From Smithellaceae bacterium (GTDB lineage: Bacteria > Desulfobacterota > Syntrophia > Syntrophales > Smithellaceae): DNA of 64,000 nt. This document shows, piece by piece, positions 9,466 through 19,610 of this stretch. Position 1 is the stretch's first letter, and each line of letters begins with the position of its first letter. The notes beneath the pieces were generated by a model. It worked only from the letters and a program-made list of their open reading frames with translations. It was not told the DNA's origin and ran no database searches. The DNA lies in the NCBI GenBank assembly GCA_963667845.2, contig CAXXVL010000002.1, positions 2,432,001 through 2,496,000 on the forward strand. The letters run 5' to 3'. A program made the translations under genes and the position numbers.

Positions 9466-11280
9466 CTACCAGGGTTTTGAAAACTGGAAGATGCGGGCCG
9501 CGATTTTTTCCGCGGGCGTAAAGTTGAAGCTGGTCATGGCCGCTTCCAGCGCGGCGGCGACGCTTTCCAGCGTGATTTCTTCCGCACTCATCGAGATTTT
9601 CGCCTGATTGTAATCCGCATCAAAAATAATCATCTTGGGCGCTCCCGCGGTATTGGACCATGCTGTCCATCCGGGCAGATGTGCGTGATGGCCGTGCCGC
9701 CAGCCGCCGGGGCGATGGCCGAAATGGGAATTGGGACTGCCCGTCCAGGCGAAATTGGCCAGATAGCCCATCATGGCGGATTGCAGCTCCACGCGGCCGG
9801 CTTCATTGGCCGGGACAAACCCATAGCCGAAAAGGCCCTTGTCTCCGCCGAAAAAGAAGGGGATCTCGGATGCATGCCCCGCGCCGTAAATGAAATCAAA
9901 GGGCGATGGCCCGGAACCGGGACCGCCCCATTTGAAGAAATACGCGTAGACATGATCTTGCGCGGAGGCCACCTCGCGGGCCACCGTGTCCACATATTTT
10001 GCCTTCCAATTCTGGCTGCCGAAATACCCTGTGATCTCATAGACGTCTTTGTCGTGCTGCGCGGGGAGCACGTCGTTGAGTCCAAGCGGCAGGTCCTGCC
10101 TCAGCACGTTGATCAGCTGAAACCAGGTGTAGGGGCCGGACGGCACGCCCAGCGGTTTGACATAGGCGTAATAGAGCGGCATGAACGACTTGCTCTCATA
10201 TTGGTTGCTTCCCAGGATGATCGGCACGCGGTTGTAATTGCCGCTGCGGATGGCCGGAATCCAGCCGCCGGCAGGCAGCACCGTGCCGTCTTCGTAAGCC
10301 GAGAATGTCGGCACCGCCCCGTACTTCAGCATGGCCAGGAATAAATCCCCTCCCGAAGCGGCCCGCAGGTATCCCTGCAGCGTACCCGCGCTTTCCATCG
10401 ACAGACGGAGCGCTTTGGCGGTTGGCGCATCGACATTTTCTTTAAACCGGATCAGCTTTTCGATGATATCGTTCGCCTGCGTCAGTCCGGCTGCGGGCGG
10501 CACTGTCGCCATCCCGCCGCTTTCGGACATGGCCTTCTGGAAGAGCCCCCGGCCCAGAGGCGAAATCACCATGTTCATCGTGTTATGGGCACCCGCTGAT
10601 TCGCCGGTGACGAGCACATTACGAGGGTCGCCGCCGAAAGCATCGATGTTCTTGTGAATCCACTTGAGCGCCTGCGCATGGTCGAGCGTGCCGAAATTGC
10701 CGGAGTCCGAAAGGATATCCGCGCCGCCGGTCTGGATGGACGGATGATACAGCCACCCGAGAGGACCAAGCCGGTATTGTACAACCACCACGACTACATC
10801 GGAGCGGAGCGCCAGGTTTATGCCGTTGTATTGCCGGGCGGAGCCGAAGTTGTTGGAGCCCCCGTGAATCCATACATAGACGGGAAGCTTTTCCGTCCGG
10901 TAAGCGGGGCGCTCGGGCCGGTAAATGTCCACATAAAGGCAGTCCTCGCTGCTGTCCGGATCCACCACCCCGGTGCGGATCCATTCCTCGGTCGTCAAAA
11001 GCTGCGTGCATTTTTTGGCAGGCTGGGTCGCATCGCGGACGCCGTGCCAGGCCGCAGGCTTTTGCGGGGCTTTCCATCGCAAGTCACCCACAGGCGCTGC
11101 GGCATAGGGTACGCCCTTCCAGATCATGACGTCGTTTTCCACGTAGCCCCTCAGGACACCGTAATCGGTTTTCGTGACGGTGTTGTTGGATGCCGGCGCG
11201 GCAGCGGCACTGAGCAGCACAACAAAAAGAACAAACACTGCAATCTTCGAAACATGAATCCATTTCTTTTGCTGGGTCAT
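9466..11280 (-). CDS. exported carboxylesterase, type B family
   Basis: Signal peptide; GVPYAAAPVGDLRW, SEDCLY, WIHGG, GESAG nucleophile and GAGHASE motifs. Confidence 0.92.
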   Translation of the reverse strand: MTQQKKWIHVSKIAVFVLFVVLLSAAAAPASNNTVTKTDYGVLRGYVENDVMIWKGVPYAAAPVGDLRWKAPQKPAAWHGVRDATQPAKKCTQLLTTEEWIRTGVVDPDSSEDCLYVDIYRPERPAYRTEKLPVYVWIHGGSNNFGSARQYNGINLALRSDVVVVVVQYRLGPLGWLYHPSIQTGGADILSDSGNFGTLDHAQALKWIHKNIDAFGGDPRNVLVTGESAGAHNTMNMVISPLGRGLFQKAMSESGGMATVPPAAGLTQANDIIEKLIRFKENVDAPTAKALRLSMESAGTLQGYLRAASGGDLFLAMLKYGAVPTFSAYEDGTVLPAGGWIPAIRSGNYNRVPIILGSNQYESKSFMPLYYAYVKPLGVPSGPYTWFQLINVLRQDLPLGLNDVLPAQHDKDVYEITGYFGSQNWKAKYVDTVAREVASAQDHVYAYFFKWGGPGSGPSPFDFIYGAGHASEIPFFFGGDKGLFGYGFVPANEAGRVELQSAMMGYLANFAWTGSPNSHFGHRPGGWRHGHHAHLPGWTAWSNTAGAPKMIIFDADYNQAKISMSAEEITLESVAAALEAAMTSFNFTPAEKIAARIFQFSKPW

Positions 11281-11443
11281 ACGTTGATTCCTCCTTTAAT
11301 CAAAGAATGAAAAATCATTTTTCCAGGGCGGACATAAACGCCGTGCCCTGACTTGAAAATCCGCTGCTGCAAAAAATGAAAAGACTCGTGATACGTTGCG
11401 GTGAGGCGTGACTGCAGGAAACGTACTGAAGGGAAGAAGAAAG

Positions 11444-11492
11444 AAAAAAACAGCCTCCGGAAGAGTCGTCTTAACTCTCCCGGAGGCGCTGT
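11444..11492 (-). terminator. intrinsic terminator or attenuator in the carboxylesterase leader
   Basis: Minus strand ACAGCGCCTCCGGGAGAGT-loop-ACTCTTCCGGAGGCTGT followed by a T-run. Confidence 0.7.
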
Positions 11493-11717
11493 ATGGATAA
11501 CTTCTGATGACCCCATTTCTTCATATAAACCCCCGGATAGTTTGCTTGGGTGATTTACGATGACATGGAACCTTTGTTCGAAAAGTGCTAGCAAAACAGG
11601 GGAAGGTTGTCAAGACGGATTCGGGTCCTGGTAAAAATTGCGTGAATAAAAAACGGAAGATAATATTTACTCCAGGGCATTGAAATGCCCGGGCATTTTC
11701 GTAGGTCTGTAAATTTG

Positions 11718-12785
11718 TTACTCTCTGGTACCGCTGATGATCTGAGACAGCTCCTGCGCGCTGCTCTTCAAATTATAAGACTGGGCGTTGAGTTCTTCAG
11801 CGGCGCTTGCCGACTCTTCCGCGGTTGCCGCGCTCGCCTGGATCGCATCGTTGATTCCCGCAATGGCGGAATTGATTTGTTCGATTCCCTGTGCCTGCTC
11901 CCGGGAGCCTGCGGACACACTGGAAAGAAGCTTTACCCCTCTTACGGCGATCTGCCTGTTGTTGGCTAATTCGCTGTTAATCTGTTCGAACAACCCATAG
12001 GCCTGTTGGATTTTTGCTGTTGAATCGGCAATCAGCGCCTCTGTGTTTTTGGCCGCCTCAGCGGATCGCATCGCCAGATTTCTGACCTCTTCGGATACGA
12101 CGGCAAAGCCGGCGCCCGCTTCGCCCGCACGGGCCGCTTCCACCGCGGCGTTCAGCGCCAGCAAATTGGTCTGGAATGCGATTCCGTCGATGGTCTTTAT
12201 GATCTTGGCCGTTTCTGCCGTCGCCTGAACGCTGGAGTTGACGGCTTGCTGCATTTCATCCATTTTCTGGTAGATCATACCGAAACTCTCTTTAGCATCA
12301 ACGTGCATGAGGGCGTCCGCCTTTCCGGTAGTCTCGGCGTTCCGGGCGGCCATGGAAGACATCTCCGCAAGCGATGAGGAAATTTCTTCTATGGAGGATG
12401 CCTGCCCGGAAGCGCCTTCCGCAAGGGTCTGGCTGGATGAGGACACCATGCCGGATGCGGAGTTGACATCATCCGCTGCCTGGGAGATTTCGACAGCGAT
12501 GTTATCGAGTCTCCGGATCAGGAATTTTCCCACCAGGACAAAATTGACGACCAGGATTCCCAGCCCGACCGCCATGCAAATAATGACAGCCACCGGATTG
12601 GCAAGACCACCCAATTTCACTGTGAGAGAGGTATTGCAGATAAGGATGACAAGACCCGGAATCAGCCAGAGGAACAGCTTGTATGTCAGGTTTTTGCCAT
12701 ATATTGCTCTGAGGATTAATGCGACAAGCCCGGCGGTGAACAAATCCAGGACGATAAGGATGAAATATTCAACAACCAATTTCAT
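11718..12785 (-). CDS. methyl-accepting chemotaxis protein
   Basis: [29 protein letters not shown] signalling hairpin; N-terminal TM helices. Confidence 0.95.
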   Translation of the reverse strand: MKLVVEYFILIVLDLFTAGLVALILRAIYGKNLTYKLFLWLIPGLVILICNTSLTVKLGGLANPVAVIICMAVGLGILVVNFVLVGKFLIRRLDNIAVEISQAADDVNSASGMVSSSSQTLAEGASGQASSIEEISSSLAEMSSMAARNAETTGKADALMHVDAKESFGMIYQKMDEMQQAVNSSVQATAETAKIIKTIDGIAFQTNLLALNAAVEAARAGEAGAGFAVVSEEVRNLAMRSAEAAKNTEALIADSTAKIQQAYGLFEQINSELANNRQIAVRGVKLLSSVSAGSREQAQGIEQINSAIAGINDAIQASAATAEESASAAEELNAQSYNLKSSAQELSQIISGTRE

Positions 12786-12856
12786 AAGGTATCTCCATTG
12801 CGGTGCATTTATGTCGATTCCGTAAATGGGTTCTTGAGACCTTCGCGCTACTTGTT

Positions 12857-12872
12857 TTCAATAAACATGCCA
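12857..12872 (-). promoter_or_regulatory. sigma54-like promoter for the MCP gene
   Basis: Minus strand TGGCATGTTTATTGAA (GG-N10-GA variant of the GG-N10-GC consensus). Confidence 0.45.
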
Positions 12873-12966
12873 GAAGCGGTCTATTAGCCATGTGCTATGA
12901 TTCCTGATAGTTAGCTTGAGTGAAATCGAGAGTTGAATAAGTATTTGCTGCGAGGGAAGAAAATTT

Positions 12967-13003
12967 GTACTGAAAAACCGAACGGTTTACGGTTTTTCAG
13001 TAC
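12967..13003. promoter_or_regulatory. 14-bp perfect inverted repeat, possible activator site
   Basis: GTACTGAAAAACCG-9 nt-CGGTTTTTCAGTAC. Confidence 0.5.
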
Positions 13004-13023
13004 GAAATCTTGGCACCCGTCCA

Positions 13024-13081
13024 ATCAGCCACCCAGCGGCAAGCAACGGAGCATTAACGCTTGTCTCGCAGCAGCGGATTA
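13024..13081 (-). repeat. dispersed palindromic element, short degenerate copy
   Basis: Reverse complement TAATCCGCTGCTGCGAGACAAGCGTTAATGCTCCGTTGCTTGCCGCTGGGTGGCTGAT matches the short copy at 50093. Confidence 0.65.
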
Positions 13082-13429
13082 AAAGAAGCGGTGAAAATCA
13101 GGATAAAAAATCATTGAAAAATTATGCAATCCCCCCTTTTTTTTGAATACTTGTTCAGTTATTTGATATGATAACCTGAGTTTTTGAGACGGTTAAGTTT
13201 TTGCCGGACGCCGCTATCTTACGGCAGCATTCAAGGAGACTGACCGTCTGCAAGATTCAAGTATTCCGATCACTAATTGATGCCGCATCATGGAGCTCAT
13301 AACGCATCGTTCAGCACCCCGCCCTTATGAGGGGAGAGGTTGGGTGAGGGTGATAGCAGTTGTGTCGTGCCTTTGGAGAGGATTGAATCCAAGTTGAAAT
13401 AATGTTGTTTGGAGGTGCACACACAGACA

Positions 13430-14947
13430 ATGAAGAAGAAAGCAATTGCGCGGAATAAAGTGTTAGTCGTCATCGCCTGCGTTTTATCCATTATCATCGC
13501 TTGTTCGTCCACCAACAACACCGCCGATGTTCAGTCGCGAATCGACGCCGTCGAGAAGAATCTCATCCCGGCGGTCGTGGGCGAAGGCAGCACGCCGGCG
13601 GGTCTTTCCATTGCGGACCGCATGCAGCACTTTCAGGTGCCGGGCGTCAGCGTTGCGGTCATCAACAACAGCAAAATCGAGTGGGCCAAAGGATACGGCG
13701 TCACCGAAGCCGGCGGCACCCAGGCAGTAACTGCGGACACCGTATTTCAGGCGGCCTCCGTCAGTAAGCCCGTCTCGGTGACCGGCATCATGCTGCTTGC
13801 CCAATCGGGCGTTATCGATATTACGAGAAACGTGAACGACTACCTGACCTCCTGGCAGCTTCCGGACAATATTCTGACCACGAATCAAAAGGCAACGATA
13901 CAGCGCCTGATGTCGCATACCGGCGGGACCAACGTGTCGGGCTTTGCCGGGTACGCCACAGGGAGCCCCGTTCCGACGCTGCTTCAGGTTCTGAACGGCG
14001 CACCGCCGGCGGACACGGAGCCTGTCCGCGTCATCTTTGAGCCGGGAACGCGATACAGCTATTCGGGCGGCGGCATGGAAGTTTTGCAGCAGATGACCCA
14101 AGACGTCACCGAGATGCCGTTTCGGAGCTACATGAAGAACAACGTCCTGGACAGACTGGGCATGACTTCCAGCGACTTCGTGCAGCCGCTGGCCGGTCCC
14201 TTTGCGGCACGCGCGGCCAAAGGCCACGACAAGGACAGCGTCATGATACCGGGCGGCTTTCGCATATACCCGGAGCTCATTGCCGCCGGGCTGTGGACCA
14301 CGCCCACCGATCTGGGCATCCTGTTTCTGGAAGTACAAAGGGCAGCCGTTCTTAATCGGGGAGCACTGCTCACGCAAGAGACGGCCAATCGCATCCTGAC
14401 GGTGCAGCCCAATACGAATGGGGCGATGGGCCTTGGCTTTGCGTTGAAGAGCGGCAAGGGCGGCTTGATATTCAGCCACAGCGGGTCGGTTTTCGGATAC
14501 AAGTCTAATGTGCTGGTGTATCGTGACCGGGGGCAGGGCATTGCCGTCATGACGAACGGTGACAATGGCTACGCCCTGATGATGGAAATCGTGCGGTCCG
14601 CAGCCAGAGTATATGGCTGGCCCGATGACGGCGTATCAAAGGCCCCGCTTGTGGATGTGCCGCTCGCGATCCTGCAGACTTACGCCGGAAATTACACGGG
14701 CACGCTTGAAGGCCAGGCAGTGCTGCTCAATATTTATCTTGCCGGGAATGCACTGATGATCAGCAGCACCTTGATGGGAACGGGCACACGCTCCGATCTG
14801 TATCCAACAGCCAACGATACTTTTCTTTTGCGCGATGACACGAATATTTCGGGAACGCTCGTGTTTACGAAAGACGGCGTCGGCACCGTTACCGGTTTGC
14901 AGATCGCCCTGCAGGCCGGCGGCACGCTCACAGCGACGAAAATCTGA
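13430..14947 (+). CDS. serine hydrolase, beta-lactamase class C-like lipoprotein
   Basis: Lipobox IIAC; FQAASVSK (SxxK), YSYS and HSG motifs. Confidence 0.9.
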   Translation: MKKKAIARNKVLVVIACVLSIIIACSSTNNTADVQSRIDAVEKNLIPAVVGEGSTPAGLSIADRMQHFQVPGVSVAVINNSKIEWAKGYGVTEAGGTQAVTADTVFQAASVSKPVSVTGIMLLAQSGVIDITRNVNDYLTSWQLPDNILTTNQKATIQRLMSHTGGTNVSGFAGYATGSPVPTLLQVLNGAPPADTEPVRVIFEPGTRYSYSGGGMEVLQQMTQDVTEMPFRSYMKNNVLDRLGMTSSDFVQPLAGPFAARAAKGHDKDSVMIPGGFRIYPELIAAGLWTTPTDLGILFLEVQRAAVLNRGALLTQETANRILTVQPNTNGAMGLGFALKSGKGGLIFSHSGSVFGYKSNVLVYRDRGQGIAVMTNGDNGYALMMEIVRSAARVYGWPDDGVSKAPLVDVPLAILQTYAGNYTGTLEGQAVLLNIYLAGNALMISSTLMGTGTRSDLYPTANDTFLLRDDTNISGTLVFTKDGVGTVTGLQIALQAGGTLTATKI

Positions 14948-14969
14948 TGCCGCGTCTGTCCCCCGCCAG

Positions 14970-15122
14970 CTGGGCCGGGGGTGGATGTCTTTTCGCTTTT
15001 AGCAATTTAGCCTTTGAGCTTTGACCTTTCACCTTTCACCCTGAACCTTGTCCCTTTCACCATCCACCATTCACCATGCACTATCCACTAGCCACTATCC
15101 ACTATCCCACCATCCACTATTC
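14970..15122 (+). repeat. heptamer-repeat junction tract T1
   Basis: Leader CTGGGCCG.GGGTGGATGTCT shared with T2, then tandem TTCACCT/TCCACCA/TCCACTA units, then TTGCAA-16-TAAGAT (15136-15163). Confidence 0.9.
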
Positions 15123-15256
15123 GTCAGTTTATTTCTTGCAATGTGTTAATTTACTTGTAAGATATTGGTCAAAGAAATCTATCTTGGGAAAATCAGAATC
15201 TTATATCTATTTTGAGGATGTGCATCAAAATCTACGATAACATCAGAAGGTCGCCC

Positions 15257-15694
15257 ATGAATCAAGATTATAGAAAAGGTGAAATCGTTATTTACAAGGC
15301 TGCAGACGGTCCGCAAATTGACGTCCACATGGAAAAAGACTCTGTATGGTTGACGCAGAAACAGATGTCGGTGCTTTTTGATAAAGATACAGACACGATC
15401 GGTTTGCATCTGAAAAACATTTATAAAGAAAAGGAGCTAGAAGAGTTAGCAACTACCGAGGTATCCTCGGTAGTTCAAATAGAAGGCAATCGGCAGATTA
15501 ATCGTAAGATGCGTCTTTACAACCTCGACGCAATAATCTCTGTAGGCTATCGCATTAATTCAAAGCGAGGCACCCAATTCCGCATCTGGGCTACTAATGT
15601 CTTGCGACTTCAAGTCGGGGTGGGATGTGAGTATCTACGGTTTCTGCGAAAGGTATCACAAAATGTGATGCCTTTGAAACAGCGTGAAAGGTGA
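15257..15694 (+). pseudogene. truncated RhuM-family protein
   Basis: VWLTQKQMSVLF and YNLDAIISVGYRINSKRGTQFRIWAT motifs; recognisable similarity ends around 15606 and the usual C-terminal part is absent. Confidence 0.75.
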
Positions 15695-15700
15695 AAATTA

Positions 15701-16273
15701 ATGGCTGAGTATGAAATCATAAAGAAGGATGACATTCAAAACCGCATCTACACCATCCGTGGTGTCCAGGTCATGCTGGATAGTGATCTGGCCGAATTCT
15801 ACGGTGTGGAAACCAGGATTATAAATCAAGCGGTTAAAAGAAATATTGAAAGATTTCCATAGGAATTCAGTTTTCAACTTACCACTGAGGAGAATAATCT
15901 TTTAAGGTCACAATTTGTGACATTAAAGAATGGAAACCATTTGAGGCTTCCCGTTGACACTTCAAAGAATGAACAAAACTTGAAATCACAAATTGTGATG
16001 TCAAGTTGGGGTGGAAAACGAACAGCCCCCTATGCCTTTACTGAGCAGGGTGTGGCCATGCTTTCCGGGGTTCTCAAAAGCGCAAAAGCTGTGCAGATCA
16101 GTATTCAGGTCATCAATGCCTTCGTTGCCATGCGCCGGTTTCTGGCTTCTAATGCAGAAGTGTTTCAGCGCCTGGGCGCGGTGGAAAGAAAACAAATCGA
16201 ATACAAGGCGGACGCCGATCATAAATTTGAACAAATCTTCGACGCCATTGAAGAACGCAGCATCAAGCCCAAG
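15701..16273 (+). pseudogene. ORF6N-domain DNA-binding protein, disrupted
   Basis: IYTIRGVQVMLDSDLAEFYGVETR..NQAVKRNIERFP, then an in-frame TAG (15860-15862), then PYAFTEQGVAMLS in the same frame; 3' end runs into tract T2. Confidence 0.85.
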
Positions 16274-16385
16274 CCTGGGCCGTGGGTGGATGTCTCTTCG
16301 CTTTTAGCCTTTGAGCTTTGACCATTCACCATTCACCATTCACCATTCACTATTCACTATCCACTATCCACCATTCACTATTTTT
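16274..16385 (+). repeat. heptamer-repeat junction tract T2
   Basis: Leader near-identical to T1; (TTCACCA/TTCACTA/TCCACTA)n; followed by TTGCAA-16-TAATAT (16398-16425). Confidence 0.9.
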
Positions 16386-16638
16386 CCTGATTTTTCCTTG
16401 CAACATGTCCGCAAAGTTGTAATATATCACCGAGAGGTAAGCGGTCTGCCGACAATCGGCAGGCACGATGCGGCACGAACCTGCGAAAGCACTTACCATA
16501 AAATACAATGATCCCCGTCCGACGGCCCAACCGTCACTACCGGTGCTGATATGCTGAACTTGATCGATCATCAATTGAATCCAAAATCCCAGCGAACGAT
16601 TCCTGGAATCTCAACCGGAGACATGAAGGAGGAAGGCA

Positions 16639-18036
16639 ATGAATCTTGATGCACTATTTTATCCCCAAAGCATCGCCGTTATCGGCGCATCTGACAATCT
16701 GGGCGGAGGCCGGGTGCCCTATTTCCAAATCCAGCAAATGAACGGCTATGCCGGGCGACTTTATCCCGTCAATTCCCGCCGCCCTGAAGTATCGGGGATC
16801 AAGGCTTATCCGACGATCGACGACCTGCCGGAGCCGGTCGATTACGCCATTGTGGCCGCGCCGGTGGAACAATCCATCGACATCGTCAAAGCGGCCGTGC
16901 GCAGGGGCATCAAGTTCATTCATTTCTTCACCTCGGGCTTCGGTGAGACGGGCAACCTGCAAATGGAGAAAGACATGGTTCGGGAGGCCCGCAAGGGCCA
17001 CCTCCGCATCATCGGCCCCAACTGCATCGGCGTGCAATGCTTTGAATCGAAAATGTCCTTCAAACTTTTGCACGAGCAGGAAGAACCGGGCGCCATCGCC
17101 TTTCTGGGACAATCCGGCGGCATTACGTCGAGCTTTACCGCCCTGGCGACGACGCGCAGGATCTGGCTCAACAAGGTTGTCTCCTACGGAAACCAGATCG
17201 ACCTCCGGCTGGAGGACTACCTGGATTACCTGGCGGACGACGACAGGATTCGTCTGATCGCCTGCTACGTGGAAGACATCAAGGACATTGCTCGATTCCT
17301 CAAAACGCTCAAACGCACGACGGCGAAAAAGCCCGTGATGATCCTGAAGGGCGGCAAAACGGAGGAGGGCTCGAAAGCGGCGGCCAGCCACACGGGAGCG
17401 ATGGCCAGCAACTACACCATCTGGGCCGCGGCCGTGAAACAGCATGGCGGCCTTTTGGTCGAAAACTTCGATCGACTGATGAACCTGGCGATGCTGGGCA
17501 CCGCGAAAAAATTCCCCGGCGGGCGGCGCGTCGGATTCCTGGGTGCGGGCGGAGGCGTATCTGTATTGTTCACCGACCTGGCCGTGGCCTCGGGCTGCGA
17601 AGTTCCCGAGCTGGGGCCTGCGGCGCAGCAGATGATCAGCGAAAAGATCAGGGGCGTCAACACCTCAACGACAAACCCGGTCGATCTGGGCGCCTTCGGT
17701 TTCGATCTCAACGTCATGCTGCACACCATGCAGGCCATGGATCAGGATGACAACATCGACGTGATCATCCCCTACTTTGACGTCGAGTACCTTATCCAAG
17801 CCGAGATGATTCTCCAGATCAAGAACAGCGCCGACACGATCCTGAAAATGGCCGAATGCATCAAAAAGCCGGTGATCGCCGTCCTCGTATCTTTTCTGGA
17901 AAACAACCTGGAGGCGGAACGTATCCGGATTGATACCTTCAATTCCCTGCGCAAGGCGGGCTTCCCCGTCTACGGGACGATCCAGGAGGCCGTGTACGCG
18001 ATCGAGACGTACTTCGAGTGGGCGGAAAAACGATAG
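16639..18036 (+). CDS. CoA-binding protein, ADP-forming acyl-CoA ligase alpha-like
   Basis: LFYPQSIAVIGAS, IIGPNCIG, GQSGG, SYGNQ, AAASHTGAM and NPVDL motifs. Confidence 0.9.
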   Translation: MNLDALFYPQSIAVIGASDNLGGGRVPYFQIQQMNGYAGRLYPVNSRRPEVSGIKAYPTIDDLPEPVDYAIVAAPVEQSIDIVKAAVRRGIKFIHFFTSGFGETGNLQMEKDMVREARKGHLRIIGPNCIGVQCFESKMSFKLLHEQEEPGAIAFLGQSGGITSSFTALATTRRIWLNKVVSYGNQIDLRLEDYLDYLADDDRIRLIACYVEDIKDIARFLKTLKRTTAKKPVMILKGGKTEEGSKAAASHTGAMASNYTIWAAAVKQHGGLLVENFDRLMNLAMLGTAKKFPGGRRVGFLGAGGGVSVLFTDLAVASGCEVPELGPAAQQMISEKIRGVNTSTTNPVDLGAFGFDLNVMLHTMQAMDQDDNIDVIIPYFDVEYLIQAEMILQIKNSADTILKMAECIKKPVIAVLVSFLENNLEAERIRIDTFNSLRKAGFPVYGTIQEAVYAIETYFEWAEKR

Positions 18037-18120
18037 CCCCAGTCTGTCATTCCGAATCCCGGCGCAGCCGGGTGAGGAATCTCTTCCGCGAAGAAGTGCC
18101 CGCAGCCGGGTGAGACGGTG

Positions 18121-18166
18121 GTGCTTCGTTGTCTGTTCCCCATTCACCATCCACGATCCACTATTC
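18121..18166 (+). repeat. heptamer-repeat junction tract T3, short
   Basis: GTGCTTCGTTGTCTGTTCCCCATTCACCATCCACGATCCACTATTC. Confidence 0.75.
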
Positions 18167-18199
18167 CAAAGGTTATGAAATCGCGGCATGGATCGTACA

Positions 18200-18249
18200 T
18201 TGAAATATCATACAAAGCATTTGATATTTCAAGCGAGAGATGGTAGCGT
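18200..18249 (+). promoter_or_regulatory. palindrome overlapping the promoter of the AAA gene
   Basis: TTGAAATATCA-11 nt-TGATATTTCAA; TTGATA-17-TAGCGT; ATG 6 nt after the -10 box. Confidence 0.6.
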
Positions 18250-18255
18250 GTTTCC

Positions 18256-19395
18256 ATGAAAATTATCGATAGACCGACAGATTGCAGCGCTTTGGCCAGG
18301 TTAATGGCGATTTTTCCTGTAGTGGCAATTCTGGGCCCCAGGCAGTGCGGCAAAACGACGCTGGCGAGGACATTGAAAGCCGACCACTATTTTGACCTGG
18401 AGAATCCGCAGGACGCCGCCCTTCTTGCCCAGCCGCAGCTTGCGCTTGAAGATTTGAAGGGAGTAATCGTTATCGACGAAATTCAACGTATGCCGGACCT
18501 GTTTCCGCTGCTGCGCTATCTTGTCGATCAAAACAAAAAACGAAAATATATTATCCTGGGCAGTGCATCCAGAGACTTGATCCGTCAGAGTTCGGAGACA
18601 TTGGCCGGCCGCATTGCCTACTATTATCTTGGCGGCTTCCGTCTGTCGGATATCGAACCGGCAAAGGAAAAAACATTATGGCTGCGCGGCGGTTTGCCAC
18701 GGTCTTTTCTGGCTGCTTCTGATACAGACAGCACCATATGGCGCAACCAGTATATAACAACATTTCTGGAGCGCGACATTCCACAATTGGGCATTAATAT
18801 TCCGGCGCGGACATTGCGGCGTTTCTGGACCATGCTGAGCCACTATCATGGCCAGATCCTCAACTATGCGGAGCTGGGGCGGTCTTTCGGCGTATCGGAT
18901 ATGACGGTGCGTAAGTATTGCGATATTCTGGAAGGCACATTTATGATTCGCATCCTTCAGCCCTGGTTTGTCAACGTCGGCAAAAGACTGGTGAAGCGTC
19001 CCAAATTTTATTTGCGGGATTCCGGTCTCTACCATGCCCTCTCTTCGATTGAGACGGCAAAACAGTTGTCGGCATGGCCCAAGCTGGGCGCGTCGTGGGA
19101 AGGCTTTGCTCTGGAAAGCGTATGCCGGACCCTGGGGAAACAGGATTCGGAGTTCTATTTCTGGAATACACACGCAGGCGCCGAACTGGACCTTTTCTGG
19201 CAGCATAAGGGCAAAAACTGGGGAGTTGAGTTTAAATATGAAGATGCGCCGCGTCTTACCCGATCCATGCAGATTGCCATCGTGGATCTGCAACTTTCCA
19301 AATTATGGGTCGTCTATCCGGGCAAGAAAGAGTACCTGCTGGAAAAAAATATATCGGTTCTGCCTTTGGAGATGATTGAATCAAAATTGAAGTAA
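18256..19395 (+). CDS. AAA_14 + DUF4143 ATP-binding protein
   Basis: GPRQCGKTT Walker A; IDEIQ Walker B; ETLAGR; PKFYLRDSG; C-terminal ELD...VEFK nuclease-like motif. Confidence 0.92.
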   Translation: MKIIDRPTDCSALARLMAIFPVVAILGPRQCGKTTLARTLKADHYFDLENPQDAALLAQPQLALEDLKGVIVIDEIQRMPDLFPLLRYLVDQNKKRKYIILGSASRDLIRQSSETLAGRIAYYYLGGFRLSDIEPAKEKTLWLRGGLPRSFLAASDTDSTIWRNQYITTFLERDIPQLGINIPARTLRRFWTMLSHYHGQILNYAELGRSFGVSDMTVRKYCDILEGTFMIRILQPWFVNVGKRLVKRPKFYLRDSGLYHALSSIETAKQLSAWPKLGASWEGFALESVCRTLGKQDSEFYFWNTHAGAELDLFWQHKGKNWGVEFKYEDAPRLTRSMQIAIVDLQLSKLWVVYPGKKEYLLEKNISVLPLEMIESKLK

Positions 19396-19430
19396 GCCGG
19401 TTTAAAACTACTCCGCCGGGGCACGCGGCC

Positions 19431-19610
19431 GTGCTTCATCGCTTTTCCCCATTCACCATTCCCCATCCACCATTCACTCATTTGTCTTTGACCTTGCACC
19501 CTGAACCTTGTCCCATTCACCATTCACTATTCACCGTTCACCGTTCACCTTTCACCCTGAACCTTGTCCCTTTCACCATCCACCATCCACTATCCACCAT
19601 CCACTATCCA
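19431..19610 (+). repeat. heptamer-repeat junction tract T4, the longest
   Basis: GTGCTTCATCGCTTTTCCCCATTCACCA... roughly two dozen heptamer-like units; shares a CCCTGAACCTTGTCCC block with T1; last unit overlaps the menA stop. Confidence 0.9.

Noticed and set aside
9660..11310. Several + strand ORFs over the esterase, and similar overlapping ORFs across other GC-rich genes
   Set aside because: Shadow frames of well-supported genes.
15860..15862. In-frame TAG in ORF6N as pyrrolysine or recoding
   Set aside because: The gene is also 3'-truncated and sits beside another fragment, and TAG is a normal stop elsewhere in the window; a nonsense mutation is simpler.
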